Shown one piece after another: positions 1 to 16,569 of a DNA stretch of 64,000 bases. Location: the NCBI RefSeq assembly GCF_009914755.1, contig NC_060933.1; one strand, written 5' to 3'. This DNA comes from the human T2T-CHM13v2.0 reference genome, Homo sapiens. A program made the position numbers and the translations under genes. Every line of letters begins with the position of its first letter. Within the stretch, counting starts at the first letter, position 1. The notes under the pieces are model-generated. The model saw only the letters and a list, made by a program, of their open reading frames with translations, was not told the origin of the DNA and made no database searches.

Positions 1-348
1 CTGGAGAGGGGTCTCCTGAAAACCCTGCAGAAACTGGATGAATATCTGAATTCTCCTCTCCCTGATGAAATTGATGAAAATAGTATGGAGGACGTTAAGT
101 TTTCTAAACGTAAATTTCTGGACAGCAATGAAATGACATTAGCTGATTGCAATCTGCTGTCAAAGCTGCATATTGTCAAGGTTGTGGCCAAAAAAATCGC
201 AACTTTGATATTCCAAAAGAAATGACTGTCATCTGGAGATACCTAACTAACTAATGCATACAGTAGGGATGAGTTCACCAGTACCTGTCCCAGTGATGAG
301 GAGGTTGAAATAGCATATAGTGATGTAGCCAAAAGACTCACCAAGTAA
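1..348 (+). pseudogene. CLIC4: Processed CLIC4 pseudogene, C-terminal CDS remnant (5' part lies outside the window)
   Basis: Frame 1 reads [65 protein letters not shown]. The rest reads ..[47 protein letters not shown] (TAA 346-348), matching the CLIC4 C-terminus. A 1-bp deletion near 196 gives TGA at 223-225, there is a 4-bp CTAA duplication near 247-254, and no intron is present. Confidence 0.95.
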
Positions 349-2100
349 AATCGCGTTTCTGAAAGAGATGTGTTCATGTCTTGCTCTAAGAATTTGCTTT
401 TCCTAACAGGCTACTCCTCTTCCTGTAGAGTAGAAATTGTATTTTGCATGAACATGCAATTATTGAAGATTAGGATCAAGCATAGACAAGGTATAGTAGT
501 TATCTTAAGATATACACTCCTAAGCAGTATTATTTTAAAATCATTTTATCCCTCTAAATGTTCGAGGAAGGCATGTCTATTGTGATTTTAATGAAGACAG
601 AATTATTTTTCTCTGTAGAAAGACAAATACTACTTTATCAGGGAAGTTAGTCAAATGAAATGGAAATTGGTAAATGGTCAAAAGCTAGCTAGGAAAAAGA
701 TCCAACAACATGCTTTAACCCCATTGCATGTTTGTGGAAAGACCATAGCTTAAAATCTTGAGAAATTTGGGACATAAAAGTTTTCATGGTAGACAGTTCA
801 TGGAGTATATGAACTGACATTATGGAAAAATCTGATTTTATTTTTACAGTTAACAAATCCATTCCTCTTAATTTAAACACCTGTTGTGTTTTACTTCGAT
901 GAAGAGATTGGAGTCTGAATAGAAAGTCTGTTTTCCGGGGGATACTGAGAAATTTTTGTATTCAGGAGTTGGAAAGCTCTCTTCCATTCTAGTTGATAAA
1001 ACTTCCCTTTTTTTGATGTAGATGCAGATTTTCTATACAGTTCTGTTGTCTTCTTTTACTAGGACTGTTAACTTTTGTGATAAAATTCAAATAAGATTTT
1101 ATTTCTTGATAATTTTGGTTTTCACAATTTATCTTTAAATCCTTGAGCAATCTGTATACAATTAAGAGATTTCTCACATTTATTCTTAAACTGAGTAGAT
1201 CAACTCTAGGATTTAGGCATGTTAACTTTACTTCTGTTGTGTTTTGAATCTCTCCAGAGTTGCATGTAGGTAGCTTTTATTTCTGTGCGCTTACAGTCAA
1301 TTAGAAAATATCTACAAAGTAGGCTGGGTGTGGTGGCTCATGCCTGTAATTCCAACACTTTGGGAGGCTGAGGCAGGCAGATCACGAGGTCAGGAGATCG
1401 AGACCATCTTGGCCAATATGGTGAAACCCTGTCTGTACTAAAAAGACAAAAATTAGCTGGGCGTGGTGGCGTGCACCTGTAGTCCCAGCTACTCAGGAGG
1501 CTGAGGCAGGAGAATCACTTGAACCTGGGAGGCAGAGGCTGCAGTGAGACAAGATCATGCCATGGCACTACAGCCTGGGTGAGAGAGTGAGACCCTGTCT
1601 CAAAAAAAAAAAAAAAAAAAAAAAAGAAAATATCCGGAAAGTGAAAATGGAGAGGAAATAGAAATGTATTTTTAATGAACATTTTGATACAAATTTCATC
1701 ATTTAATGATTCACCAATTTCTTACATTAATTTGAATTAAGCATTTAATTCAAAGAGACAGGAGCATTCATTGATATATATGGACTTTTAAAAATTCCAT
1801 CCTTTATAAATAGACAAGGTTTGGGCTACAAAAATTATATTTTTATCATGGAAAAATTTCAACTCCTCAAGTCATAATGTTGAATAGAATTGGAGTATTT
1901 TCTTTAGAATTTCTTGAACAGGCAAATTAAAGCTTATTATAGAATGCAAGTATTTACTTTTCTCTTTGGAATATCAAAACCAGTGTATTGCTGACAGCTA
2001 TTGTATTTTAAAAAAATGTATTTTTTCACTATCATAAAGGATTCTTTTTCCTCCCTCATGAAAATAAATGACAACTGGGGGTAAATATATATATATATAA
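349..2100 (+). pseudogene. 3' UTR of the CLIC4 retrocopy with poly(A) signal and degenerate tail
   Basis: Follows the stop codon directly and resembles the CLIC4 mRNA 3' UTR as I recall it. AATAAA at 2063-2068 is followed by a (TA)n/A-rich tract at 2082-2100. Confidence 0.75.
1322..1624 (+). mobile_element. AluS (Sc-like), full length, inserted in the pseudogene 3' UTR
   Basis: Runs GGCTGGGTGTGGTGGCTCA..GATCACGAGGTCAGGAGATCGAGACCATC..A-tail. Degenerate TSD AGAAAATATCTACAAAGT (1303-1320) / AGAAAATATCCGGAAAGT (1625-1642). Confidence 0.95.
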
Positions 2101-3884
2101 TTTCTGAAGTAAAAAGAAAGATCCTCCCTTCCAAACAAATATGATCATATTTTATTCTACTTGTGATAAAGGCAGTGAGGCATTTGTTTTGGGGAATGTC
2201 CAAAATATCTATGATTTTACTTTTCCAGCCAAAACAATTTTGCTTCTCTGGCACGTATTAATCAATAGGCAAAACATTTTGAACTTTTAAATATTATTCC
2301 ACATCACACTAATTTATTCTAGTTCAGAAAAATTTGGAGTGCCAGTATTTCTAGCACAATCATATTTTTAATGGGTGAACATAAAGTATTTTTCATAAGA
2401 ACATAAGATAGCAGAAAATATATATTTGTTGAAGAAATAGAAATAAATAATATAAAGTTGCCAACAAACAGAAAACCAAATGACATAAGTACTAGGAACT
2501 TCTGACTAGTATAGAAGTAATTTAATATTTATATTTGGACATACACTGGCTAGACTAATTATTGATAAAGTAGTCATTGCCCATCTGCAAAATCAAACAA
2601 CCATAAAGTAACATTTTGAATTGTCTGCCATGGGGCTCAAAGTCTTTTATGTATCAACCTTTGATTTAACACATTAGAGTATTACCATAGTATAATGAAA
2701 AATCTAAAAGCTTTTGAATCAGATAACTTTATAACACAGTACATTTGTCTTTTGGTGTCTGTGTCATCTTGAAATTTATATATATTTCTGAATCTTAGTT
2801 TTCTCATGTTTATAACAACTGGGGATAATAAATTTACCTCATTTCAAAACATTTACCTTTAGTATAAAAATAAAAATAAATTATCAATATAAAAATACCA
2901 TGCTTGATACTTAGGCTCTAAAATATTAGACAAATTTCCTGGCATCATAGCGCTTACAAGTAGTTGAGATAAAGGTGGAGAACAAACACAGGAACTAACT
3001 CATTAGCTAGCTCTTACCTTGAAAATTAAGTGCAGAACTCTGGGAGAATGATGCATTCAACAAACAATTTTTGAAATTGCGAAAAAGGAGAATGGGCAGA
3101 ATTAAAATGCTCAGTAGAGACAGTCAGGAAGGGCAGGCCAGGGTACCAGTTCATTGCAGTAAGTGGTTGTTAAACACGGAGGTAATACACAGCAACAGAA
3201 AATAGTAAAATGGGCCAAAACTAGAAGAGTAGAGGTTGAGGCAAGAAAAACTAGACTTCTTTTACAATTTTGCCTAGGGTTGACAATGTACTTTGGGTTT
3301 CAAAACAAATAATTTCTGTCTATACTACTATACAGATGTAAATGAAATACATGTTTACTAAGCCAGTGGTATAGATTGTTCAGCATTGACCTAGTTTATA
3401 ATTTTGAAACTAGATAAGGTTTTTATAAAACATGCAAAAACTGAGTGCTACTTAGTTCTGCTTTCTGGCTTTTTGATAATCCAAGGAAGCAGACTCATTA
3501 AGATTGAAGTATCCAGGAAGATATATTTTCCAAAGGATAAAACCTACTTAGATGGAGAGTAGATTTTAGGCTATCACTTAATTTCTTCCTGTTAATTTTT
3601 GGCTGATAATTTTATTTTAAAGAGTAAATTTTACTACTTAAATTATTTGTACTCTACACAAAGATGGACCATAAAACACAATGCCTCATTTAGGCAGACT
3701 TCGCCATACCAGCAGCATTGTAACTCAATCCATCCATTTGTAAAGCTGTAACCACTGCTGACAGAATGCAGGGTGGGAGAGAGGAAGAAAATTAAAGAGT
3801 ATTCAGATGGTAGAATAATACTAACATAAGTAGTTACAGTAATTACAAATCATTCAACCAACCACTAATGCTATTAGATGGCAT

Positions 3885-4085
3885 GATTTATTGAATATTT
3901 ACATATGTCGAACATTGTGCTCAGTTCTTCATATTTATGCCACACAATTTTCACCATATTTCTGTAAGATAAGCATCATTTCCATTTTGCCCCTTCTGCA
4001 GTTAATGCTCAGATAGCATAAACAAAATACCCAAATCTACACATATGGAGTTTGAATTCAGTTTTTTCTAACTCCAAGTTGAATA
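3885..4085 (-). mobile_element. MIR fragment
   Basis: TTTATTGAATATTTACATATGTC..ATTTCCATTTTGC..GCTCAGA..GAGTTTGAATTCAG resembles the MIR antisense core. Confidence 0.5.
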
Positions 4086-6272
4086 TTCAAAAGCATCCTT
4101 TGATTTTATAATTTAAGATTTCTCCTTTTTCAAACACCATTTGGTGAGATAGAAAGCATTAGAGATAAAACACATATATTAATCTATGTGGTGGCTCTTT
4201 CTTCTGCTTAAAGCCATTCTCTATAATCCTCATAAAGATCTAACACCCCCACTCCAGTATTTCCTATGTTTCTTTAGTTCTCCATTATTTCCTATTTGTG
4301 CAGTATCCCACATGCTCAGGGTGTTATAAAAGGCTGCAAATTAATGAACATGTGCTGCCTTTGTTCGGGGATTTTATATTATAAATTTGTTTTTATTTAT
4401 TCTACACATGGTTGGTTGTAGTTTGTCCTCCAAAATGAAATGAAATTGGTATTATTACAGAAAGATGACTGAGTCATATTATGATAGAGACTAATTTCTC
4501 TGACCTAGTAGACTAAAAGTTTTCTGTAGTCTCTTAATGAGACTCCTTTTATAGCATTTGTATCTTTGTGCTTAATTATTCTTAGTATAAATATTTAGAA
4601 ATTGATGCATCGTTTTACTTCTATGGCATGTCATAAAGCTATTTTTTCAAAAAAATTGTTTTGTGTATAATGTCATGCGAAAAAGAATTCTTAAAATGAT
4701 TTAAAAGATTTAGACCCCCCTCCGAAAATATCAACAAAATGAATTTTCTAAGATAATAAGAAAATGAATAAAATCCCCCCGTAGCAGCAAATAATTGGGC
4801 AAGGAATAAAATCCGGGTTTGGAGGCAGAGCTGAGGAATACAGCATGACTTGGTTCACAGAGCTTACCCTCTCCCTTGAAGTTGAATTGATGAGAACAAA
4901 ATCTTGAGCCTTCTCAGAAATATTCCAAAACTGCAAGGAAGGGAACAGAATTTATTTTTCTAATTTATCTCTAACCTTGTTTCACTAAAGAGTGATGGAA
5001 ATCGTTACTGTGGAGAAATGTGTGAAACATGGCAAGAAAATAGGAAGAGAAGTAAGTATCCAGTGTCCTCCTGTTCCAGGAGAAAAGCCAAACCAATATT
5101 TATCCACCTCCTCCTATCATCGGAATAGGATAAGAGCCCTCTCCTTCCCCAGTGGAATGAGTACTGGGGTATTTAACAGTACCTCAGAATTGATGGTACG
5201 TCTCACGTGCAGCACAAAACCTTTTTAACTCTCAGATAAACATCCACCTGCCTCATGCCCTCAAGCTAGGGGAAAAGGAATGGAAAGCAGCCATATTTGT
5301 CTTCAAACTGAAGTTAAAAAAACAAAATCCAAAGCAGTCATCAGATGTAGTAGAAAGTCAAGAGTGTACTTACACTAAATCAGGAAATATAGCTTCTCAA
5401 GCATGAGAAAGATGAATGAAAATGGCATAGTCCATATAGAAATGTTCTATTAATTATAACAAGAACATTGATAAAGTAAAAGAAAATAAATAAAAAGAAA
5501 TTAGGGACATACCATTATACGACAAAAAAAAAACGAGTCCAGTCTAGAAGAAAATATAACTTAGGCAAAAGGAAAACTCATTTTGTGTACATTAAAAGTA
5601 TCATTCAAGAAAACTTATTCCCAGGAAAAAAATGATTTGAGGTAAATATAAACATATAATTCAATTATAGAGGATTGATTGCCTAAAGAAACAAATTTTA
5701 GGAAAAATTATTATTAAGGAACTTAACATCAAGAAACTATAAGTTGAATTATTTAGGAAGGAGTTTTGAGATAAGCCTACCTAGTGCATATTTTAAAAAC
5801 ATGAACCTAAAAGAATGCTAATTGAAGATATATTTCAGTATTCCATACTTTGTGTCCCTGGATCAGCAATTTACCAATAGAAGGAAAATTATAGTGGGTA
5901 AAAATGTTAAATAAGATAATAAGTAACCCCTGAAATATTTAATTACTAGATTTTAAAATAAAAAATCCAACCATGATCCAGAAAGATTTGAGAGTGCGTC
6001 TTGCAAATCAAAACGTTTTCTCTTTCCATTATTGAATCTTGAAGAAATGTTTTTAAGAAGAATTATTATTCAGATACTCAGGAAGAAAGGTGAACTAAGG
6101 TAGGGTGAGAGGTATTAGAAGTCTAGTCTTTTACCTTCTATTTCTCTACAGCAATATTTTAGACAATGGGTTAACATCTACAGATTTTAAAAAGAAAAGC
6201 ATGACCCACTCTTTACAGCCAGTCGAGATGTCATCTGCATATTCGTCTCACTCACTATCTGTATATGCACAT

Positions 6273-6292
6273 ACACACACACACACACACAC
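6273..6292. repeat. (AC)10 microsatellite
   Basis: Read directly from the sequence. Confidence 0.95.
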
Positions 6293-6599
6293 AACTCCAA
6301 GAAAACATCAATGATTTTTTTTTCAACTTCCTGGGTTTGTGATTTGAGGCTGTTTTTATTTACTTCCTTCCTTCTATTTGCCTGTCTCATTTACATTTCT
6401 TATCTGTCTACCTTCATTATTAAGAACACTTAATTCTTTGATAAAAACAAATGAAGTGACTTTTTTTTCCTCTTAAACAAAAATCTTCAGTTTGATGGTA
6501 AACGATTTCACTATACTTTAATATAGGGTCCTCTTATAGCATGTTTTGTTAATAAAACAAATCTATTTAAATGTATGTAACATGTCAACTATATTCTTT

Positions 6600-6715
6600 T
6601 AAGGTAGATGGCGTTTATTAGTCCTCTTTGTGTTTACTTACAATGCCTGGCACATAGATGTACTTGATATATTATTTTTTAGTAAATAAATACATGAGTG
6701 AATGAATGAATGAAA
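6600..6715 (+). mobile_element. L2 3' end
   Basis: ACAATGCCTGGCACATAG followed by a (TGAA)n tail typical of L2 termini. Confidence 0.6.
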
Positions 6716-7959
6716 TGATAACAAACAAGCAACAATATATACTTTCCCTTCTACTTTGGTCTATGATATAGGTTTTGACAATACACAAACTTTAAATTAA
6801 AACAAATAATACAGTTTTGAATTTTTAAAACTAACACCAGCCTTTAAGAAATTGTTCATCACAAAATTTTCTTCATATTCTTGGGTATACCCATTCAAAT
6901 ATGGAGGTTGAGACACTATCATTTTCATTTGTCCAAAGATATTTGGCCACAGTTTTTTATATAACTGCCCTTCTGATAACAGGTTAATGAATTAGGCCTA
7001 TCTTTTATGTGTTTATCATACAATATAATATAACTTTATTTTGGCTAATACTAATTTATTGGTTGTCGTTTTTCTCAGGCTTTCATGTATTCTAACTTGC
7101 ACAATTTGTGGTCTTGCAAAAGTTAGCTGTACATGCACATTCTCCTCTAATCAGCACAAAATCATCATGTGTCTTTTCTAGCACTTGCACTAAAGAAAAA
7201 AGGCCTCTTTTGACTACAATAGAGACAATAGCAAGGCTCAAAGGTTGAAGACAAAAGATTCTGCAGAAATTAAAGGAAAAGCTGCTAGAGAGCATGACAG
7301 CTCTTTTTGTTATTTTCTGGGCTGTAATTTTTGAAATCAGTTTTCATTTTGAAAGTTCCTTAATTTTCTCCCACTTCAGTCTAAAATATAGCACACATGA
7401 GTACTGAAGACAGACAGCCCCTCAAAATGGTTCAATCAGGTGGTATTTGTAATGAAGCTGCAGGCTGTTGCTTGGATTTCTTAGTATCAGTCTTCATAAT
7501 CTTCTATATTTAGCGGCAGAAAACTTGTAACAGTTTCTTAAGCTCAGTTCACTAAAATGAATGCAACAAATTGTTTTTGGAATTAGATATTCTCTAGGAT
7601 TCCTAGTTATAAATGACTTGCTTATAGCAAATTTCCAATCCTCTATGCTTCAGTTCCTATATAGCTCTCTGGATAGATAACTCTCTTTGCAGGTTCAAGT
7701 GTCCTTTGAAAGGGATAGAAACCATCATCGTTTATTTTTGATATTAAAACAAATGCTTTTAAACTTTTTGTATTATTAAATGTGGGACTAGCTCCAAGGG
7801 AAAAGAAGAGAGGAAAAGGAAAGAGGAGAGGACAGGAGAGAAAGATTATGTTAAGGGAATTATCTATCTGTAATTTACGAAGCCTAGTTGACAGTACTTA
7901 TTGTCAACTGTAATATACAGTTTCCTTCATCATTATATTAACTACTATATTAATATATT

Positions 7960-9720
7960 TTATGCGAGCAGACTGCTGTTGTAAATCTTTATCAATATCA
8001 GTAAAAAATTATTTTGAAATATTGATTTTAACTCACTTCCATTTGATGATGTATATATTTTAAGTACAATTATCCTGTAGTTTTATTTCAAGGGGTTCTT
8101 TGTTAGATTTTGTGTTCTGTCATTATGAGTTACATTGTGTAGCTTGACACCATTTTTTATATTCTGAATCAGTGTGTCTGGCCTGGGAATTAAATGTTTC
8201 TTAAATTTAAGAAAATTCACAAGTAAAAGAGCCTCCACCAATGTATTTTTAGGAATTTTTAAAAATAATATTTCCCAATTTCTTCCATGAGATTATCAGG
8301 TTTTATTCTTGAGTCACTTCAGACTTCTTCAATTTTATCATTTAGTCTTTATTTTTGAATAATATCTAGTTTCCTCCAAAACAGACCACTTCATTTATAA
8401 TATCAAATGTGTTTTTAGAGAGTTGTTCTTTATTACCTAATATTTTTCCGATTTGTTCTCTATCAGTTTTAACAACATACTGTTAGTCCCAATTTTAGCT
8501 TATTTGATTATGAGAGATTTGAATTATTTTAAGCACTGATATAACTATTAATGTTCTATAAGTACCAGAGATACATATTAAAAGAGGCTTAGAAACAAGG
8601 TATTGTCTCAAGAGGTGGAAAGTCAAGGGTCACATCAAAGATATAGCCTGCTTTAAGAACCTCTTTCCATCTCTTCCATCTGCCATCATTATTCACTTGT
8701 CTTCTCCAAATCAAAAGAACGCTGCTTTTTCTTTGAAAATAATTTCTGAAGAAAGGGGAAGTAGAAAAAGTAAAAGTACTGTATCTCACTGGTCAGCTTG
8801 TGGCTTGCCTATTCATACCCATTAGTTTTTAAATTTTATTTTGAGAAAAAAAAATCTGAAATTTATAAAAAGGTTGCAAAACCACTACAAATAATTTTTC
8901 TTAAGTGTAAATTTCTAACCTAATTTCACATAACTTCCTAGTAATGTAGTGTACATTTTCTACAAGTAAGTCTTCCTCCTACAAAATCCAGTATAACAAA
9001 CAACATCATGAAGTTAACACTGAACTATTAATAACATCTAATCCTCGGGTCTCATTCAGGTTTCAGCAATTATCTTGCTTTTTCTTGTTTTTGAGGACTG
9101 AAGAGGTGGTCTCTTGCTGATATGTGAATGGATTCAGTTGCTGTTAGTTTGCTTAAAATTCTCATGTTAAATTAGGTAGGCCTATAATTTTCTGGTCTTC
9201 TGAGAGCCTGTGGTTTTTATATTATTGTAATGCTTACAAAGTGTATTTTAAGGTGTTTTCTACTAGAAGATATTATATAGCATTGGTATAATTTATTATG
9301 AAAGTATTTTGAAAAACGCAAACTGGTTCAGGTTTATGGTTTCTTGGTGGGTAAATATTTCTATTCAAGTATATTAAAGTTTCTAATTTATGAAGTCTAA
9401 ATATCAAAGTGTCTCATTTATATATCTATTGGTTTTTATCAGTTACATTGTTTTAGATAATTTTTCATTTCATATTCATTTTCAAATTTGCTTTAAATTG
9501 TTCATACACTTTGCTTAATATATTTGTTTGCAGTGTCTTTGTTGATAGCCTTGGCATCTGACATTTTTCTTGTTCAATCTTTATAAAATTGTTTATTATA
9601 TCAGTCTTTTAAAGAACTTCCTTTTTGATCTTTTCTCTAGCACTTTGCTCTATTTTGATTAATTTATGTTCCTGTTACATATTTGCCTATTTCTATTTTT
9701 CTGAGTTACTGTACCTTTCT
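7960..9720 (-). mobile_element. Highly decayed ancient L1M fragments
   Basis: T-rich strand with degenerate L1 ORF2-antisense and 3'-end motifs, e.g. 8835-8900 and 9130-9190. Confidence 0.4.
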
Positions 9721-9857
9721 CAGTAAATAGCAACTGTCCTCTGTTAAATGCTCAAACTCAAAACTTGAAGTCATATTTTGATTCTCTCAAAACTCACATC
9801 TAATCCAGCAGAACTCCTGTCAGCTTTGTGTTCAAAATATTATGGATGGGATAACTT

Positions 9858-9963
9858 TTACTTCTATGAATGATGGGATTTTGAAAGTCAGTCCTCCATG
9901 GGGAATAACTAAAAACAACCCTGATAAATGACCAAAGATATAAATATTTAAAAGCATCAGTGA
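9858..9963 (+). mobile_element. Ancient L1M 5'-region fragment, continuing at about 16207-16568 and 17200-17430
   Basis: Interrupted at the TSD-like AAAAGCATCAGTGA (9950-9963) / AAAAGATTCAGTGA (16193-16206). Confidence 0.45.
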
Positions 9964-10697
9964 CTTGAACTCTATTTTGTTGAAAATAATAAAACTACAC
10001 CTCTTTTCTTTGGTTTAGATTTGTAGGAATATTTTTCCATCCCTTCACTTTCAGCCTATGTATATTCTTAAAGTTAAAGTGAGTCTCTTGTAAGCAGGAT
10101 ATACTTAGGTCTTTTTTTTTTTCTAATCCACTTAGACTCTCTAAGATCCATTTATGTTTAAAGTAATTATTGATATGTAAGGACTTACTAGTGTCATTTT
10201 GCTAATTGTTTTCGGACTCATTTGTATTTCCCTTTTCCTTTCTTTGACTCAGGTTATTTTCCATTATGATTTGATGATCTTCAGTGGTGTGTTTCAGTTT
10301 CTTTCTCTATATTTATTTACTTTGTGTGTGTGTGTATCTACTATAGGTTTTTACTTTGTGGTTACTAAGAGGTGTACAACACCTTGCAGTTATACCAGTC
10401 TATTTTAAGCTGTAAATAAGTTAAGTTTAATTGCATACAAAAACTTGACATTTTTGCTTCTTCTTCCACCTTCAAATGTTATGCTTTTAATATCACAATA
10501 TATATCTTTTATTGTGTATTTATTAATAAAATATTGTAGCGAATGTTATTTTTAGCACTTCTGTCTTTTAAACTTTATATTGAAGTTAAAAATGATTTAT
10601 AAACCAACTTTACAGTATTAGAGTATTCTGAATTGACCTATATATTTGCCTTTGCCAGGATATTTTAACTTTTACATATTTTAATGTTAGTAATTAG
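9964..10697 (-). mobile_element. Inverted 5' segment of an L1MA8/9-like element (inter-ORF and ORF2 endonuclease start)
   Basis: TTTTTCCATCCCTTCACTTTCAGCCTATG..GTGAGTCTCTTGTAAGCAG is antisense to the start of ORF2. Orientation switches at about 10698. Confidence 0.7.
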
Positions 10698-11049
10698 GCT
10701 ATCTACATATTCAATGAATCTCCATCAAAATTCCAATCACATTTTTCACATGAATAGAAAAAGCAATCCTAAAATTCATATAGAACCACAAACAACCTCA
10801 AATAGCCAAAGCAAAATTAGAAGAGACATACAAAGCTGGAGACTTCATACTACCTGGTTTTAAAGTATATTATAAAGCTAGTCATCAAAAGAGTATAGTA
10901 CTGGCATAAATACAGACACATAGACCAAGGAAACATAACAGAAATCCCAGAATAGAATAAATTCACACAATTGTGGTCAACTAATCTTCAACAAGTCACC
11001 AAGAATACATAATAAGCAAAGAATGGTCTGTTTTAAAAATGGCGGTGGA

Positions 11050-14347
<3,298 letters not shown>

Positions 14348-14438
14348 TAAAAATGGTGGTAGAAAAACTATATTCTTGTGCAAAATAATGAAATTGTACC
14401 CTTAATTTAAACCATACAAAAAATTAGTACAAAAGAGA

Positions 14439-14578
14439 CTAACTGGTGTGAGATGGTATCTCATTGTGGTTTTGATTTGCATTTCTCTGATGGCCAGTGA
14501 TGATGAACATTTTTTCATGTGTCTATTGGCTGCATAAATGTCTTCTTTTGAGAAGTATCTGTTCATATCCTTTGCCCA
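14439..14578 (-). mobile_element. 140-bp internal L1PA ORF2 fragment with no tail or TSD
   Basis: The reverse complement encodes [46 protein letters not shown], a young L1PA-type sequence embedded in the older L1MA. Confidence 0.9.
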
Positions 14579-14725
14579 TAGAACTGGAAAGGTAAAAAAC
14601 AAACTAGAAGAAAACAGGGGAAAAGCTCCTTAACATTGGTATTGGTAACATTTTTTTAAAATATAACACCAAAAGCACAGGCAGCAAAAACAAAAATAAA
14701 GTGGAATTGTATCAAAGTAAAAAGG

Positions 14726-15067
<342 letters not shown>

Positions 15068-16569
15068 TAAATGAAAAAGTAACCTATGGAAAGGGAAAAA
15101 TATTTGCAAACTATATATCTGGTAGGGGAATAGTGCCCAAAATATATAGTGAATTTATGCAAATTAATAGTAAAAAGCAAGTAACCAAATTTAAAAAATA
15201 CACAAAATACCCGATTTGACATTTTTTTCCAAAGAAGACACACAAATGGCCAAGAGGTACATGAAAAAGTGCTCAACATCACTAATCATCAGGGAAATGC
15301 AAATCAAAACCACAATGACATATTGCCTTACACCTTTTAGGATGGCTATTATCAAAAAGTCAAATGATAACAAGTGTTGGCAATGGTGTGAAATACAGGG
15401 AAGAGTTGTACATTGTTGGTAGGAATGTAAATTGGTACAACCATAATGGAAAACATTATGGAGGTTCCTCAAAAAACTGAAAATAGAACTGCCGTATGAT
15501 CCAACAATTCCACTTCTCGGTATATATCCAAAAGAAATTGAAATCAGTATCTTGAAGAGATAGCTGCACTCCCATGTTCATTGCAGCATTATTCATAATG
15601 GCCAATATATGAAAACAACCTAAGTGTTCCTCAGTAGTTGAATGTATAAAGAAAATGTGGTGCGTATATACAATGAAATATTACTTGCCGTAAGAAAAAA
15701 AGGAAATTCTGCTGTTTGGGACAATATGGTGAACCTAAACGACATTATGCCAAGTGAAATAAGCCAGACACAGAAAGATAAGTACTGCATGGTCTCACTT
15801 TATATGGGATCAAAAGAAGTTAACTCACAGAAACAGAGAGTAAAATGGTGGTCTCCAAGGGCTAGAGATTGAGGGAAATGAAGGAATTTTGTTCCAAGGG
15901 TACAAATTTTAGTTATAAAATGAATGAGTTCTAGAGATTTGATAGACAGCATAATGATTACAGTTAATAACAATGCACTGTAAACTTGAAATTTACTAAG
16001 AGAATAGATCTTAACTGTTCTCACCACACACACAAAAGGTAACTATATGAGGTAATGGATACATTAATGAGCTTGAGTGTGGTAGTCACTTCACAATGTA
16101 TACACGTATCAAAACATCGCATGATACATCTTAAATATAAACAATTTTTATTTGTCAATATATATTTATTTGATAGGGAAAAATAAAAATAAAAAAGATT
16201 CAGTGAACGGTGGAAGCAATGAGGACTATAGGAATAAAAATTACAGATAGGAAATAAGTTTTTAGCTGTGAGCTGGGAATTTGCATCCCCTTGGGGTCAT
16301 TCTAAACCGGAATGCAGTTTTGGAATCTGAAATAGGACAAACCTACTGACAGACAGGATCCTTATGAAAGACAGAAAAACAAGAGGAATTTTTGATGGTC
16401 CCACAGTGAAGAGTCACAAAATTGGAGCACTGGAGAATCATTCACAGAGAAAATTTATCCTTCCATATTTTTTGTTAAATTTTGAAGCTGTGATAGATAG
16501 GAGGTAAAAACAACTAGAGATGAATTTCTTGCAGTCTCACAGGATTAATGAACAAAAGACCCATTTACA

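Noticed and set aside
1-348. Functional CLIC4 gene
   Set aside because: It is intronless and frameshifted, with a premature TGA at 223-225 and substitutions at conserved residues (G>S, P>S).
370-2254. ORFs 370-585, 689-880, 989-1177 and 1937-2254
   Set aside because: These are short chance ORFs in or antisense to the pseudogene UTR, with no recognisable protein.
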